Shown here: one piece after another, positions 35,336 through 48,608 of the stretch
Numbering within the stretch: the first letter of the stretch is position 1
Layout of the letters: each line of letters starts with the position of its first letter
Assembly (NCBI RefSeq): GCF_006345805.1
Contig: NC_042997.1
Span: 183,458,001 to 183,522,000 of the forward strand
Source: Octopus sinensis
Lineage: Eukaryota
Length of the DNA: 64,000 bases
Direction: 5' to 3'
Notes under the pieces: generated by a model
Told to the model about the DNA's origin: nothing
Database searches by the model: none
What the model saw: only the letters and a program-made list of their open reading frames with translations
Program-made: the position numbers and the translations under genes

Positions 35336-36874
35336 AGTTGAACATAATCCAAAGAAAAGCAGATAATGATTCTGTGAAAGAATACTGTTGTAGATTGTAT
35401 ACAGGTGGCTCATAATTTATGATTTTCTTTTACATTTTTGTAACGCTTTACATTTTACACAATAATGTAGGTTAGTTAGATCTGCAAATTAATTATTTAG
35501 ATATTTATGTAAATTGTGATAACAAGTATGGTTAAAACACTTTTTAACACTAATCATTCACCCAAAAACTTTTTCAAATTAGATAATTGAATGAAACAGA
35601 TTAACATAATTTTTTGGCATAAGTTGACCAAACTTCACAGCCAAAAAAAGTAGGTTGACTTATACGCCAAGACAGCTTTTGGAGGGCCAAAAATTCCATG
35701 TGAAATGCAGCAGGATTTGGAAAGATAGTGACAATGTTTGAATGTTTACACTACATGTTTTTCACTATATTCTATGTCGCCTTGTATGCTGGAAAGTATA
35801 GTAATGTTCCTTTTCGAGGGATGTAATGTTATGACAGTGATTATCACCATACATATGAATTTTAGTTTAGAATAAATAAATAAGGTTCTGAATAATGAAC
35901 ACAAAGTATTGGTCACTTCAGATATTTGTCACCTCCCATTTGGAATATGTTACTTTATTTCTTTATTGCCCACAGGGAGTGAAACATAGAGGGGACAAAC
36001 AAGGACAGACAAAGAAATTAAGTCGATTGACCCCAGTACGCAACTGGTACTTAATTTATTGATCCTGAAAGGATGAAAGGCAAAGTCGACCTCGGTGGAA
36101 TTTGAACTCAGAATATAGTGGTAGACGAAATACAGCTAAGCATTTCACCCGGCATGCTAATGTTTCTGCCAACCTCGCCACCTTAATTTGGAATATGCTA
36201 CTGATGTGCTAGTATTGAAAAATCCCTTTATTATCTTGCAAAGGGCTATTAACTTCACCTTATAGAGAATTTATTAATATTGGTTCCAAATACTGGTACA
36301 AGGCCAGCAATCTTAGAGGAGGGGATAAGTTGATTACTTCACCCCCAGTACTCAACTGCTACTTGTTTCATCAACCCTGAAAGGATGAAAGACAAAGTTG
36401 ACCTCAGTGAAATTTGAACTCAGAATGTAAGGATGGATGAAATGCTGCTAAGCATTTTTGCTTGGCCTGCTAATGATTCTGCCAAATCACCACCTCTGAG
36501 AATTGATTAATGATCTTTTCAGGAATGGGTCACGAGGACATCCAAGGACATGATCTTCAATAATGTAATCATACCAAGGATAAGAACCATAGAATAGAAC
36601 ATGAAATTAGGTTCATTTAAAGCTAAGTGAATCATTTAGAAAACTATCTCCACCCACACTACTTTTGCCAATTACACATTGATTTCTTACATAGGCACAA
36701 GACCACAGATTGGTGGTGGTGGTGGGGGGTGGAAGAACAATCGATTGTATTTACTATAGTACTTGGCTGGAATTTATTGATCTAAGGAGGACAAAAGGTA
36801 AAGTTGGCCTCAGTGTGGTTTGAATATAGAACTTAAAGGGCCAATGTTGTGATGACTCTGGCAATCCATCAACC

Positions 36875-36940
<66 letters not shown>

Positions 36941-36966
36941 CACACACACACACACATATATATATG

Positions 36967-37000
<34 letters not shown>

Positions 37001-37440
37001 ATATTATTACACTACCCCTGTAATATTTTGTATATTTATATATAGTCTTAGCCATAATGAGTAAAAGTAACTAAAGAACACATACACACATATGTATGTG
37101 AATGTATGTATGTTAGTAAGCATGCATGTGTATATATCTATATATATATCACTGTATCACTGTATTGATCAGACTATCAGCTATTGTGTTACAGGTCAGT
37201 GTCCCAATGTGCTTCTTTGCATTGTGTCACCCTGACAGGCAGGCCAACGTTCTCTCTGAGCAGAATACCAGTCCATTGCAGAGTTACCCATCTACAACTG
37301 AATGGACTGGATCAACATGAAATGAAGTAGTTTACTCAAGAACTCAAATGCACTGCTACTCTGGGAATTTAAACCATGGTCTTGCAACCATAAATGCGAC
37401 ATCTTAACCATCAGACCATATTCTATCACATACATACATG

Positions 37441-37487
<47 letters not shown>

Positions 37488-40400
37488 TACCTATTTCTTT
37501 ACTGCCCACAAGGGGCTACACACAGAGGGGACAAACAAGGACAGACAAACGGATTAACGACCCTAGTGCGTAACTGATACTTATTTAATCGACCCTGAAA
37601 GGATGAAAGGCAAAGTTGACCTCGGCAGAATTTGAACTCAGAACGTAGCAGCAGACGAAATATCGCTAAGCATTTCGCCCAGCATGCTAATGTTTCTGTC
37701 AGCTCGCCGCCTTTATATATATATATATATATATAAGAGTACCATCCAAGCATGATCGTTGCCAGTGCAACAAACTGGCTTCCCTGCCAGTGGCATGTAA
37801 AAAGCACCATTCGAGCGTGATCATTACCTGCGTCACCTTACTGGCACTTGTGCTGATGGCACGTGAAAAAACATTTGAGCAAGGTCATTGCCAGTACTGC
37901 TGGACTGGCTCCAATGTAGGCACATAAAAAGCACCATTTGAGTGTGGCTGTTGCCAGTACCGCCTGACTGGCCCTCGTGCTGGTGGCACGTAAAAGCACC
38001 CACTACACTCTTGGAGTGGTTGGCGTTAGGAAGGGCATCCAGCTGTAGAAACTCTGCCAGATCAGATTGGTGCAGCCATCTGGTTCGCCAGTCCTCAGTC
38101 AAATCGTCCAACCCATGCTAGCATGGAAAGCGGATGTTAAACGATGATGATTTATATATATATATATATATAAATAGATGGATGGATACAGAATATGGCT
38201 TGTCAGAAATAGCTTATTATTATGTTTACAAAGAAGTGAAAATCAGAAGATAAGTGTAATTATCGTGAAGGAATATTAATGACATCTTAAATTACAAACT
38301 GGATTCTTCTTTTAACATGATATTAATCTAAATTCTCCCACACACTGCATTTTGTCAGTTTATTAGATAATGAGTTAAGTTGAATGTTGAATAATGAATG
38401 CTCTTATTATGCTTGATGGTATTGATTAGAAACTAAGCATACACTCAATATCAATAAATCTCTGTACTTAATGCTAATGCAATATTTGCAACAACAGCAG
38501 CAGTTAGAATAAGAATTTTAATTAATCCAATAAAATCTTAGAAAATCTCTTATAGGTTAGTTCTTATATGATTGGGTTACTGGTAAGTGGTCTGATTTTA
38601 AACAATATTTCCTTTAAAAGGAAGTATGTATTTAGAGAAAGCTAACTCTTAGTGTTTGCAGATTCTCTTTTCTTTTTCTGTAATGAGCATAAAAAATGTG
38701 CTGAGCTATAGAAAATTTTAACCTACTGAGTAATATCATTTTAATCATTTTGATTGCTCCCTCCATTAAATATGTCAGCACTAACTTAACTATTGTTTTT
38801 CAGAGCAGCCAACTGGCTTCCGTGCCAGTGGCACATGAAAGGGCACCATTCGAGCATGATCGTTACCAACATCGCCTTACTTGCACCTGTGCTGGTGGCA
38901 TGTGTAAAAGGATTCGAGCAAGGTCGTTGCCAGTGCCGCTGGACTGGCTCCTGTGCAGGTGGCACATAAAAAGCACCATTTGAGCGTGGCCGTTGCCAGT
39001 ACCTCCTGACTGGCCCCCGTGCCAGTGGCACGTAAAAAGCACCCACTACACTCTTGGAATGGTTGGTGTTAGGGAGGGCATCCAACTGTAGAAACTCTGC
39101 CAAATCAAGATTGGAGCCTGGTGCAGCCATCTGGTTCGTCAGCCCTCAGTCAAAATCGTCCAACCCATGCTAGCATGGAAAGCGGACGTTAAACGATGAT
39201 GATGATGATGGTATTAGTGGATAACTGACCTCAATGATTTATTTCTTAAAATATCTGCCTACCCTTATACAATGCTGTACACCTATATAATGATTCTTAC
39301 ATCACAATTTCAGCAAGTATAGTGAAGTCTATGCTTTGCTGAGATCTATTAAGATAAAAATATGCCCAGAGTTGTCTTTTCTCTGTACTCACCAAAATGA
39401 TTAAAATAATCTTAGTCATTGAGCAAATTTTGTCTTTTCCTCACAACATAAGTACTTCTAATTAGTAATTAACTACAGTGATTTAGATAAGGGAAAGATA
39501 TTGGCTCAGAATTATTGGCTGAGCCATTAGAAAGTCAGACAGAACACATTATGGTATTTGTTCTGACTCTGAGTTCAAACTCTGCCTACTAAATAGGAGT
39601 GTTCAATTCTGTGTGAAGAGGTTGAAGTTATTAGTCATTAGATTGTAGATCTATTTACAAGTATTTTCTCATGGTTTTATGTTTTATTAAGTATATTAAA
39701 TATGTAGATTCGTGATGACATAATTTCAGGCTATAATCAAGTGGATCACTAACTTATTTTAGTGTTATTGTTATTCAATTAACCCCAGAAAGATATAACA
39801 TTAAACTGACCTTGGCAGAACTTGAAACTATTAGGTTCCAGACCTATTCCTTTTTTTTTAAATTTTAAATTTAAAGATGCATGAACTATGTTAATGATGA
39901 TGGTGGTGAAAGCAGTGGTAGTGATAAGATCCAAATATTAGTACATTCCCTTAGTTTACTAATAGAAAGTTATCATTTGTTATCTAATGGCAAATGATGA
40001 CATCTACTAAACCTGCAAAAACTCCTGGATAATTTTTTGCAATCAAAATCTGGTAAATCTGGTAATGTTCTGGATCTATGAGCAGGATATCTCAAGAACC
40101 TAATCATCAACGAACCACAAAAATACAATAAATAACCAATCAAATGGTTTCACATTCTACTGTACAAACGGTAGAAGTAGGAACACTCTATACATCTTTG
40201 AATGAGACAACCTACCTCATCATCAAGTGGCAGTGAAGGATGGGATGGTTGAGGGGTGTATTGATAGGATGAGTAGCAAAAACTGAGGATGTGAGACATA
40301 CAACTTAGAGTCTATGTACCGAAGAGTTATTAATATTGCCTAGGTGCAAATAGTCAGCATGAAACCAACAGCAACATTCTGACTAGTTATATGCCTTAAC

Positions 40401-40683
40401 TAGTAATATATTACTCAATGATAAATAAAAATATAAAAATACGTCTATTACTTTTATTGAGTGGGTTTTTTCTGACTTATGGACAGCTAACTAATTATAT
40501 ATACATTACAGTTGAAGAAAAATGAAGTTGACTTTTCAATTATGTACTGTACATTTCCACAAGAATGGTTACTTCTTGTTTAGCAACAGATCACACAATG
40601 GAACAAAATAACCAAACCACTTCACCAGACGTGACTGGAATTATCAAAACACAATTCAAATTGATTTGATAATTCAAATCACA

Positions 40684-40874
40684 GCTAGGTTGACTCTAAG
40701 GCCCTTCAATTCTAATCCTTGTTTCCACACTTGAAACTTCTCTAGTTCTGATAGAGACTCAGCAATTAGAGCAAGGTCATCAGCATAGAGGAGCTCCCAG
40801 GGGCATCCTGCCTTGAATTCCTCCGTTATTGCCTGGAGGACTATGATAAATAGGAGGGGGCTGAGGACTGAACC
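40684..40874 (-). mobile_element. Internal RTE-LINE reverse-transcriptase fragment with YADD motif
   Basis: Stop-free manual translation GSVLSPLLFIIVLQAITEEFKAGCPWELLYADDLALIAESLSELEKFQVWKQGLELKGLRVNL. Confidence 0.88.
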
Positions 40875-40932
40875 AAGTACAGATCATAATATGAATTATT
40901 GAATGACAAGGGAATAAATATTACATAATCAA

Positions 40933-41074
40933 CTTCATTAGCTTACAGCTGTTTCTGCAATATGAAGCTGTGCACTCAGAGCTGAGTGCTTGTGCAATAT
41001 CTTATAGCTTCCTCAGAGCACTCAGCTCTGTTTGCACTGATTCTTGTAGCAGAAACAGTTGTAAGCTAATGAAG
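40933..41074. repeat. Nested inverted repeat carrying the hammerhead 3' half GAAACAGCUGUA
   Basis: cttcattagcttacagctgtttctgc / gcagaaacagttgtaagctaatgaag, with an inner pair cagagctgagtgct / agcactcagctctg. Confidence 0.7.
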
Positions 41075-41170
41075 CTTAATTCTTGTTGCCTTGTCATCCA
41101 ATAATTCAAATGATAATAATAATATCATTTAATGATAATAATGATGATGAAGATGATAATGATGATGATG

Positions 41171-41205
<35 letters not shown>

Positions 41206-41594
41206 ATAATATATAGGACAGTATTGTTATTAGTAAGAAATACAAATAGAAGCATTAGGAGGGTAAAATGATATTGTACAGCAATGCCAGGGCTGAATTA
41301 AATGAAGCAAGAATTATTCCCAAGCTCCACTGCTTATCTGTACTTTAAAAAAAATAAAAGGATCAGAGGTTAGAAATTAGACTTTATGGCTTCAGATATT
41401 AAATTATGCGGACTACTTGAAGATACGCAAAGAGATATGCTACGATCCCTCCAAGCATGGGAACAAATTGCTGGCACATTGCAGCTACTGTATGATTGGA
41501 TTTGGCCTGCCATATCACTAACTCCTGTGTGGGCATTTGAGAAAATGCCAAATTATATGCTATCAACATAACAGTGAAAAATACACTCTAAAGG

Positions 41595-41599
41595 ATGAA

Positions 41600-41647
<48 letters not shown>

Positions 41648-41750
41648 CAGCAGCAGCAGCATGATGATGATGATGATGATGAGGATGATAGTGATGAAGA
41701 TGATGGTGATAAAGAAGAAGATGGAGGTGATAATGGTGATGGCAATAATA
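41595..41750. repeat. Compound trinucleotide microsatellite (GTA)n(GCA)n(GAT)n
   Basis: Directly visible. Confidence 0.9.
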
Positions 41751-42587
41751 ATCAAATTAACTTGCATAGTTTAGCATAGATTTCCAATGCTAATACTATA
41801 ATATAAATCAACTGGCACCTGTAAATTCTGGTAGTGACAGTGGCCCTATAATAGAATTTCATTTGTTGATTCTCTCAACATTTGTCTTGAACTGTTTTTG
41901 GGCCAGCAATGAAAAAAAAAACTCTATTTCTTGCTTGACCTGCTAGACATAGCAGCAACATCACTCTCAAATCAGACATTCTATCAGCTTACATGAGAAC
42001 GGTACATATTGGTCCTATGTACTGATGTAGTCCTATGTACCCTTAAAAAGATAAGGTGGTGACAGCCAGAATTCTTTGTATCATAGGTCTACTGGACGTA
42101 AAGGTTAATCTAGGATTAAACAATAACAAGAACCACTACTCCCACTGCCACCACCACATATTCAAGCAGACTGTTTCATGTATTATGTATAATGTGAATG
42201 ATGATGATGGAAATGCTGATGATAATGATGATGTTGAGGATGATGAATATAATGATGGTGGTAGTGGTGGCAGTGACAAATGCATGTTTTTATTCCTTGT
42301 TTTACAATAGAGTCAATTACGGTTATATTTTATCAATGGATTACTGCTTGGGTGGTAGACTTAACCAGCTGCATACTTTAACATCACCATCTGGAACCTT
42401 GGGTGTCTTTAGTGAAGTCCACTCTGTTACAAACATTCATATGAGGTCAACAGTTAAAGGATACCTCTCTTACTCTCTCCCATCAGTCTGGGAAGCCCTG
42501 TAAAGGGTCATAAGCATTGCCTTTCCACTTGATTGAAAGACGACAAAAAAAAAAAAATAAATAAATAAATAAAAATGAGCAACTTAC

Positions 42588-42785
42588 CGAGTCATTTTGT
42601 GAACGGATGGTGAGGTATCCTGGATGATGTTCCACATCCAATGACAAAGGTGCTGGCGGATGAACACAAACATTATTCTTACTATAGACTATTTCGCCAT
42701 CAAGTGGTGGAGGCCTTAAGGTATCAGTATTACTGAAACCCAAGAAATTTGATGCCTTGCGGAACATGCTGCCGAAGCCAGCCAT
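42588..42785 (-). CDS. TBC1D16: TBC1D16 coding exon 1 (ATG 42785; the exon extends to the acceptor at 42892)
   Basis: Translates MAGFGSMFRKASNFLGF...LDGEIVYSKNNVCVHPP...EHHPGYLTIRSQNDS, matching the recalled TBC1D16 N-terminus (LDGEIIYSKNNVCVHPP...EHHPGYL). Acceptor ttttacgcag| at 42893-42894; donor TCG|GTAAGT, phase 0. The frame is open back to the acceptor, so the true start could lie further upstream. Confidence 0.88.
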
Positions 42786-45364
42786 ACTGGGTGTAAGGCT
42801 GCCACTTCTTACCTTTTCATTAAAACCCGATGGTGATTTGGAATCGGCTGGTTCTTGCTTTTTTGCAGGTGATTCATACTTTTGCCGGGGCGCTGCGTAA
42901 AATGAAAACAAAAAGAAAATTTTTTTTTAATTATAAAATTAAGATAAATATATAAATCCATCAATGTGTTTCTTTGTGTATAAATGGTCATGTGTGGATA
43001 ATAAAAAGGTAGTCTGAGGAAGCAGGTAATGATTTGTAAAAGCTAGAAATTCTTTAAATAAAGTTAACAAATTTGGGTACATTTGAATGTTTTGGGGAAA
43101 GATGAATATTAATGATTTGAGGAAAGATCCTACTTTAGAGAGATAAATTTAAGCTGTTTAAGGTAACACAGAGTAAATAAGTTTTGATTTATTTGCTCAG
43201 TTTTATCCCAAACACTTATATTTCTCTCTCTGAAGAAGGGCTACTTTGCTCAAAATGTCAGTACTCACATATTCCCATATGAGCTTACCCAAACTTGGAA
43301 ACTCTATATAATATGTGTACATATGTGTACATTCAATTATAGAAGAAGCTAAGTAACACCAGAATATTGTCAGTAGAGAGAAGGGTAATGATTTAAGAAA
43401 TACAGTAACACATATACACATTTTATTTTATCATTCTTTTTTTTGCTAGCATTTTGAGAAGAATGGTTGCTCTTAGTCTAGTGGGGAGGGTGAGAGTTTT
43501 TATACAAAAAAGAGGAGTAGTATAAGTAAGATTCAATTAGTTAATATGGATTTAGATGTCTGAAAGTCGATAGGTTGCCTGGCCAGGTTTGTGATGGTTT
43601 CGGCTCTTTCAGAATCATCCATTCTCCTTGGAATGAGGGAGAATATAGGTTTTGCACTATAAACAGTTAACTGCAAATGTATCAATTTTTTGTTACAAAG
43701 GTTTTCAAAGTACCTTCATGATAATTAAAGAAAATGCTGCCAATAATCTAAAGAAATTCAGGAAGAATAGACTGTGAGTTTCAGCCATTAGATTATTGAA
43801 ATCCAAACTCCAGACAAGTTGCACCATCGGAGAGAATACACTTCTAAGTTTGTCTCCATCTCCTAAGCTGAAAACACAATCTTTTGCAAGATCATGCTTG
43901 AGTGGTTAATGGTTCAGTTGTTATATATATAACATGGTTGTGTGTTTAACTAGTTTGCTTCACACCCACACACTTTATGGTCCAGTATCACTCTGCAGTA
44001 CCTTGGGCAAGTATCTTTTATTATAGCCCCTAATATGCAATGGTAGACAGAAACTGCTTGCGAGTATGCATGTAAATATACATGAATGCAAATACTCCTT
44101 GGCTTTACTCCTTAGTATTATGACTGCTTGCTCCAAACTTTTAAAGTCTTGAATAATAATTTAAAAATCCCTTACTTGAAAACAGGTACGGGTCAACAAT
44201 AGGAAGAGCATCCTGCTTTAAATAAATACTTGTCCAACCCATTCTAGCATACTAAAACAAATGAGTGAATATATTATATATTGGTTTCAAATTTTGGCAC
44301 AAGGCCAGCAAGTTTGAAGGTTGGGGCAAGTCAATTATATCGACACCATGCTCAACTGGTACTTATTTTATTGACCCTGAAAGGATGAAAAGCAAAATCA
44401 ACCTCAGCAGAATTTGAACTCAGAATGTAAGGATGGATGAAATACTGCTAAGTATTTAACCTGGCATGTTAACAATTCTGCCAGCTTTCCACCTTAAATG
44501 AATATATTATATATTACTGGTCATACCTATCTTAAAATGATGAAAAGCAAAATTGGTCAAATTGTGATCTGAACCCAGAACAGTGAGGTACCGATTAAGT
44601 TACTACAGTAAAGATAGTCCGATACTCTGTTGCCACATCCATATCAAACTTATTGATTTCTTCTGATTTGGCAAGAGGCCAATTCTTCGAGGAGAGGGGA
44701 TATAGTAACTTGAATATATATTTGTGTAGAATAGATATTTATTTTATTGTCCTTGGAGGAATTAATGGAAGACTCAACCTTGGAGTGAGATATTAGCAAG
44801 ATACCAAACAAGTTATGGCAGAGTGAGTAGTCTAGCACACTACTACATCTACTAAACCCATTTTCTAACATATTTTTTTTCCTTTCTTGGACCATGAACA
44901 AAGAACTTATATAGGAGTGGTGATGAGCAGTATGATTTCATGCCTTTCTCAAGAGCATTTGCAACCCAAGTGTAGTTTGCTTCTGCTGAGGTGTAGAACT
45001 GCTTCTCATTCTGGACCTACTGCTTACTCTATAATGTTCTCAGTTCCAAAGTACATACCCATCAACCTAATATGTTGTAAGTATAACTAGCATTGTGTGT
45101 GAGACATATATGTGAGCAAAAGTAGATTTAAATTTCATATTTTCCTAAATGTGGTATTTTTTTTCACAAAAAAGAGAAAAAAAAAAGCAGTCAATAGGCA
45201 CAGACATGGCAGTGTGGTAACAAGTTTGTTTCCCAACCACATGGTTCTGAGTTCCAGCTCCACCGTGTGGCACCTTGGGCAAGTGTCCTCTACTATAGCC
45301 TTGGGCTGACCAAAGCCTTGTGAGTGGATTTGGTAGATGGAAACTGAAGGAATTCTGTTGTATA

Positions 45365-45397
<33 letters not shown>

Positions 45398-46184
45398 ATA
45401 TAGGGAGAATTCACAAAAAAAAAGCAAAAGACAAGTGGTGTAGACAACAAACAGACGTATTAGTTTAACGCTCGGGAAGTGAAAGAGTTTTTAATGTTTC
45501 GAGCCTATGCTCTTCCACAGAAAGGAACACAGGAAGAAACAAGGAGAGAAAATAAAGAATGTGTAGTGGCTAGCGATCTAGTGTGTGAGAGTCTGTCCCC
45601 CACCACAGCTTGACAGCTGGTGTTGGTGTGTTTATATCCCCATAACTTAGCTGTTTAGCAAAAGAGGCTGATACAATAAGTACCAGGCTTTACAAAAAAT
45701 TATTAAGTACTGGGGTTAATTTGTTCAATTAAAATTCTTCAATGCAGTACTCCAGAATGGATGCAGTCTAATGAGTGAAATAAGTAAAAGATAATCAGAA
45801 ACGAAAAATATTTAAAACAATTTTTCATTTAACTTCTTATCTAATTTTTCAAGCTGTAAATTCTCATTTGGAAATTTTGATACCTGGTGGTCATAATTTT
45901 TTTCTTTCGATAATTACATTGAAACATTATTAGTAACAAGTAATATCAATGAATAAATAAATAAATAATTAAACAAATAATAGTAATAATAATTCTCTTT
46001 AACAAAATTAATTTAAAGAAGACCTTAAGAAATATTTAAAATAATAAATATTCAAATGTTTTAAATACTCTGCTGGCTGGTACAAAGAAAAAGAAGAAAT
46101 CTAAAGTGTGCCCCACCACACACTCATACAAATATATGAGTGTGTGTGTGTGCACATAGACATGCACACACACACTCATATGAG

Positions 46185-46197
46185 ATATATATATATA

Positions 46198-46266
<69 letters not shown>

Positions 46267-46393
46267 GGTATATACATATATATATATATATATATGGTAT
46301 ATACATATACATATATATATATATGGTATATACATATACATACATACATATATGGTATATACATATACATACATACATATATGGTATATACAT

Positions 46394-46442
<49 letters not shown>
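46185..46442. repeat. (TA)n-derived minisatellite with recurring tatggtatatacata units
   Basis: Motif recurs about six times at roughly 28-36-nt spacing; source of the spurious YI-repeat ORFs. Confidence 0.9.
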
Positions 46443-46445
<3 letters not shown>

Positions 46446-48384
46446 ATGAGATATACACACACACACACATATATACATACAACCAAGAACCACAATAACA
46501 AGAATTAATAGACAAATAAAAACAGAAAAAAAATACTTGTAAAGCCATATGACCAACTTAAAAGAAGCAAAATTTCAATATTATCAAAGTTTTAACAAAA
46601 TGTTTTTAAAATATAAAAAATAATTACAATATTCAATGAGACTTGCAGAATGATTAAAAGTTTGTGAAGGTAAACACACAGATGTCTGAAATATCCATTT
46701 TGTTGTTGTTGTTGTTGTTACTGATATTTTTGCAGAAAATTTGTTAAAAACCTAACAAATTAAACTAAATTTTGAGGTTTGGCTCACCACGTAGAGTTAT
46801 GAAAATGTCAACGTTTTAATTTCAATGTTTTGTCCAACCCATGCCAGCATGGAAAACAAATGTTAAATGATGATGATGATGTTCTTGTCTTTTGGATTTA
46901 CAATCTAGGGATGAGGAAGGGATGAGGTTTATCGAGTGAAAAAAAAAGGACAGACTACTAAAATATTTTGCTTTACTTCACTCACTACCATCAACAGTGC
47001 TGGACCATGCATTTGTTGTTACAAATCATCAAAGAATACCACGTACAATATGCTGGTTATGTTAGTTTACAAGCTGTTGCTTTTCCGTTTTATGAATCTC
47101 CTTAAAGAATCCGTGAGAGAGAAAGAGTGAGGAAGTAGGAAGTGTGTGGTGAGGTGGAATAAAGAAAGAATAAATCAAGACAGAATAGTAATAAGAAACA
47201 GAGACAAACAAAATAACGAGTGGGGAGGGGGTCCGAAAAAAAACAAAAAGGATTGATTTGTAAGAAACTTAAATTTATGATTTTAAACAAATATCAACAA
47301 AACTCTTTTTAAAAATTTCAGTCATGTTTTCTTCCAATTATTGGTATAAAAAATATAAATAAAAAAATAAAATGAGAGACAAAAAAAAAAATGACAAAAT
47401 ACACTTTGGAAAGTAATACTAGATCACTAGAATACTACAACACGGACTACCCACTGTCAAATCTGGAGAGTTATTGATTTTTAGCACAAGCAACAACCAA
47501 CCAATCAATATAAGTGCCAGTGGTAAAGCAGTGAAGAGAAAATTACTATAAGACACAACAGTGAGAGCAAGAGGAGGAGGAGGAGGAGGGAATAATTCAG
47601 TAAAATTTACAACTAAGTCTTGCTGTTGTAAGGCTAATGATGCCAATATTACTATGTCTTTCTCGCCTGCTTATTGAGGTATATTAGTACTTATCTCACT
47701 ATTCTAGAGAAATCTAGTTGAATTAAAAAGTTACTTATGATTTAATATAATGAATTTGCTTAAACTAATGCTTATTTACAGTTAGGGGGTTGAGAAATTC
47801 GTATCAATCACTTTACAAATTAACCTCATTCTTGGTTGATCCAACAAAGTGACCCTTACATGGTCACTTAAACTGCTAAAAACAGCAGCTAAATCTCTCT
47901 AAAATCACAACCTTGTTCTCTTAAAGAAAGCAGAACACATTGGATATAATGTGATCTTAGAAACAGTATATCGGAATAAAAGCTGAGATAGTTGAGGCTG
48001 GAATAGCTATGACCATATGTTTGCTGGTCAGAGCTGACCTGAGGGTAAACTGCTACATTCTTAGTATGAGAAAATATTAGTAAGGCATAGAAAAAAATGC
48101 CCAAGAGATTGCTTTAAAAAATTTGAAAGGAATAGAAAAAATATAACATATAAATATTTAAAAAAATATATTCAAAGTATAAGACAAATAAGAAACAAGA
48201 AAATAACAATATATATACATATATTACTGAGATAAGTAAGGATAAAAAATTAACTAAAAATTAGTTTCTCATTTTGTATATATCTAATTAAGGATTTCAG
48301 GGTTTTTAATGGAATACATTTCCAGCCTGTTGCTTTTACACCTCTAGAAATTGCAAACTGTGTCCCAGCAAATAAGATAGCCTC

Positions 48385-48608
48385 TCTGTAATACAGTTGC
48401 TTGATCTGCTGAAAATAGCAGCCAATCTCCATCAAATCACACCTAAAGTCTTAACAAAAAGGGACACATTGGATAATATAATCTGGGGGTATACTTTGCC
48501 TGAAAAAAATATAATGTAAAAACGACAGGGCGGTCATGACTGGAATGCTTTTTATCATAGATCATCTCAGTCAGGGCCGACCTGGTGTTAAACAACAACA
48601 ACAACAAT
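48385..48608 (+). mobile_element. Unclassified old interspersed repeat ending in (caa)n
   Basis: gaaatagcagcca...caaatcacacc...ggtcatg.ctggaatg...gacct...aaacaacaac recurs at approximately 9385-9590(-), 41925-42125, 47850-48055, 49995-50160, 51010-51200 and 51230-51405. Confidence 0.65.

Noticed and set aside
37738-39210. Regularly spaced short palindromic repeats (gtgccagtggcacgtaaaaagcacc) resembling a CRISPR array
   Set aside because: Spacers are related to each other, the arrays are dispersed copies of the RTE 3' UTR, the context is eukaryotic and there are no cas genes.
43585-43630. Minus-strand ...gauga...gagcc-GAAAC-cauc, hammerhead-like
   Set aside because: Core and stems are too degenerate to support a call; at most an old Penelope remnant.
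46036-46556. Overlapping 88-170-aa ORFs rich in Y/I/H/M
   Set aside because: Translations of (TA)n/(CA)n microsatellite; no coding signal.
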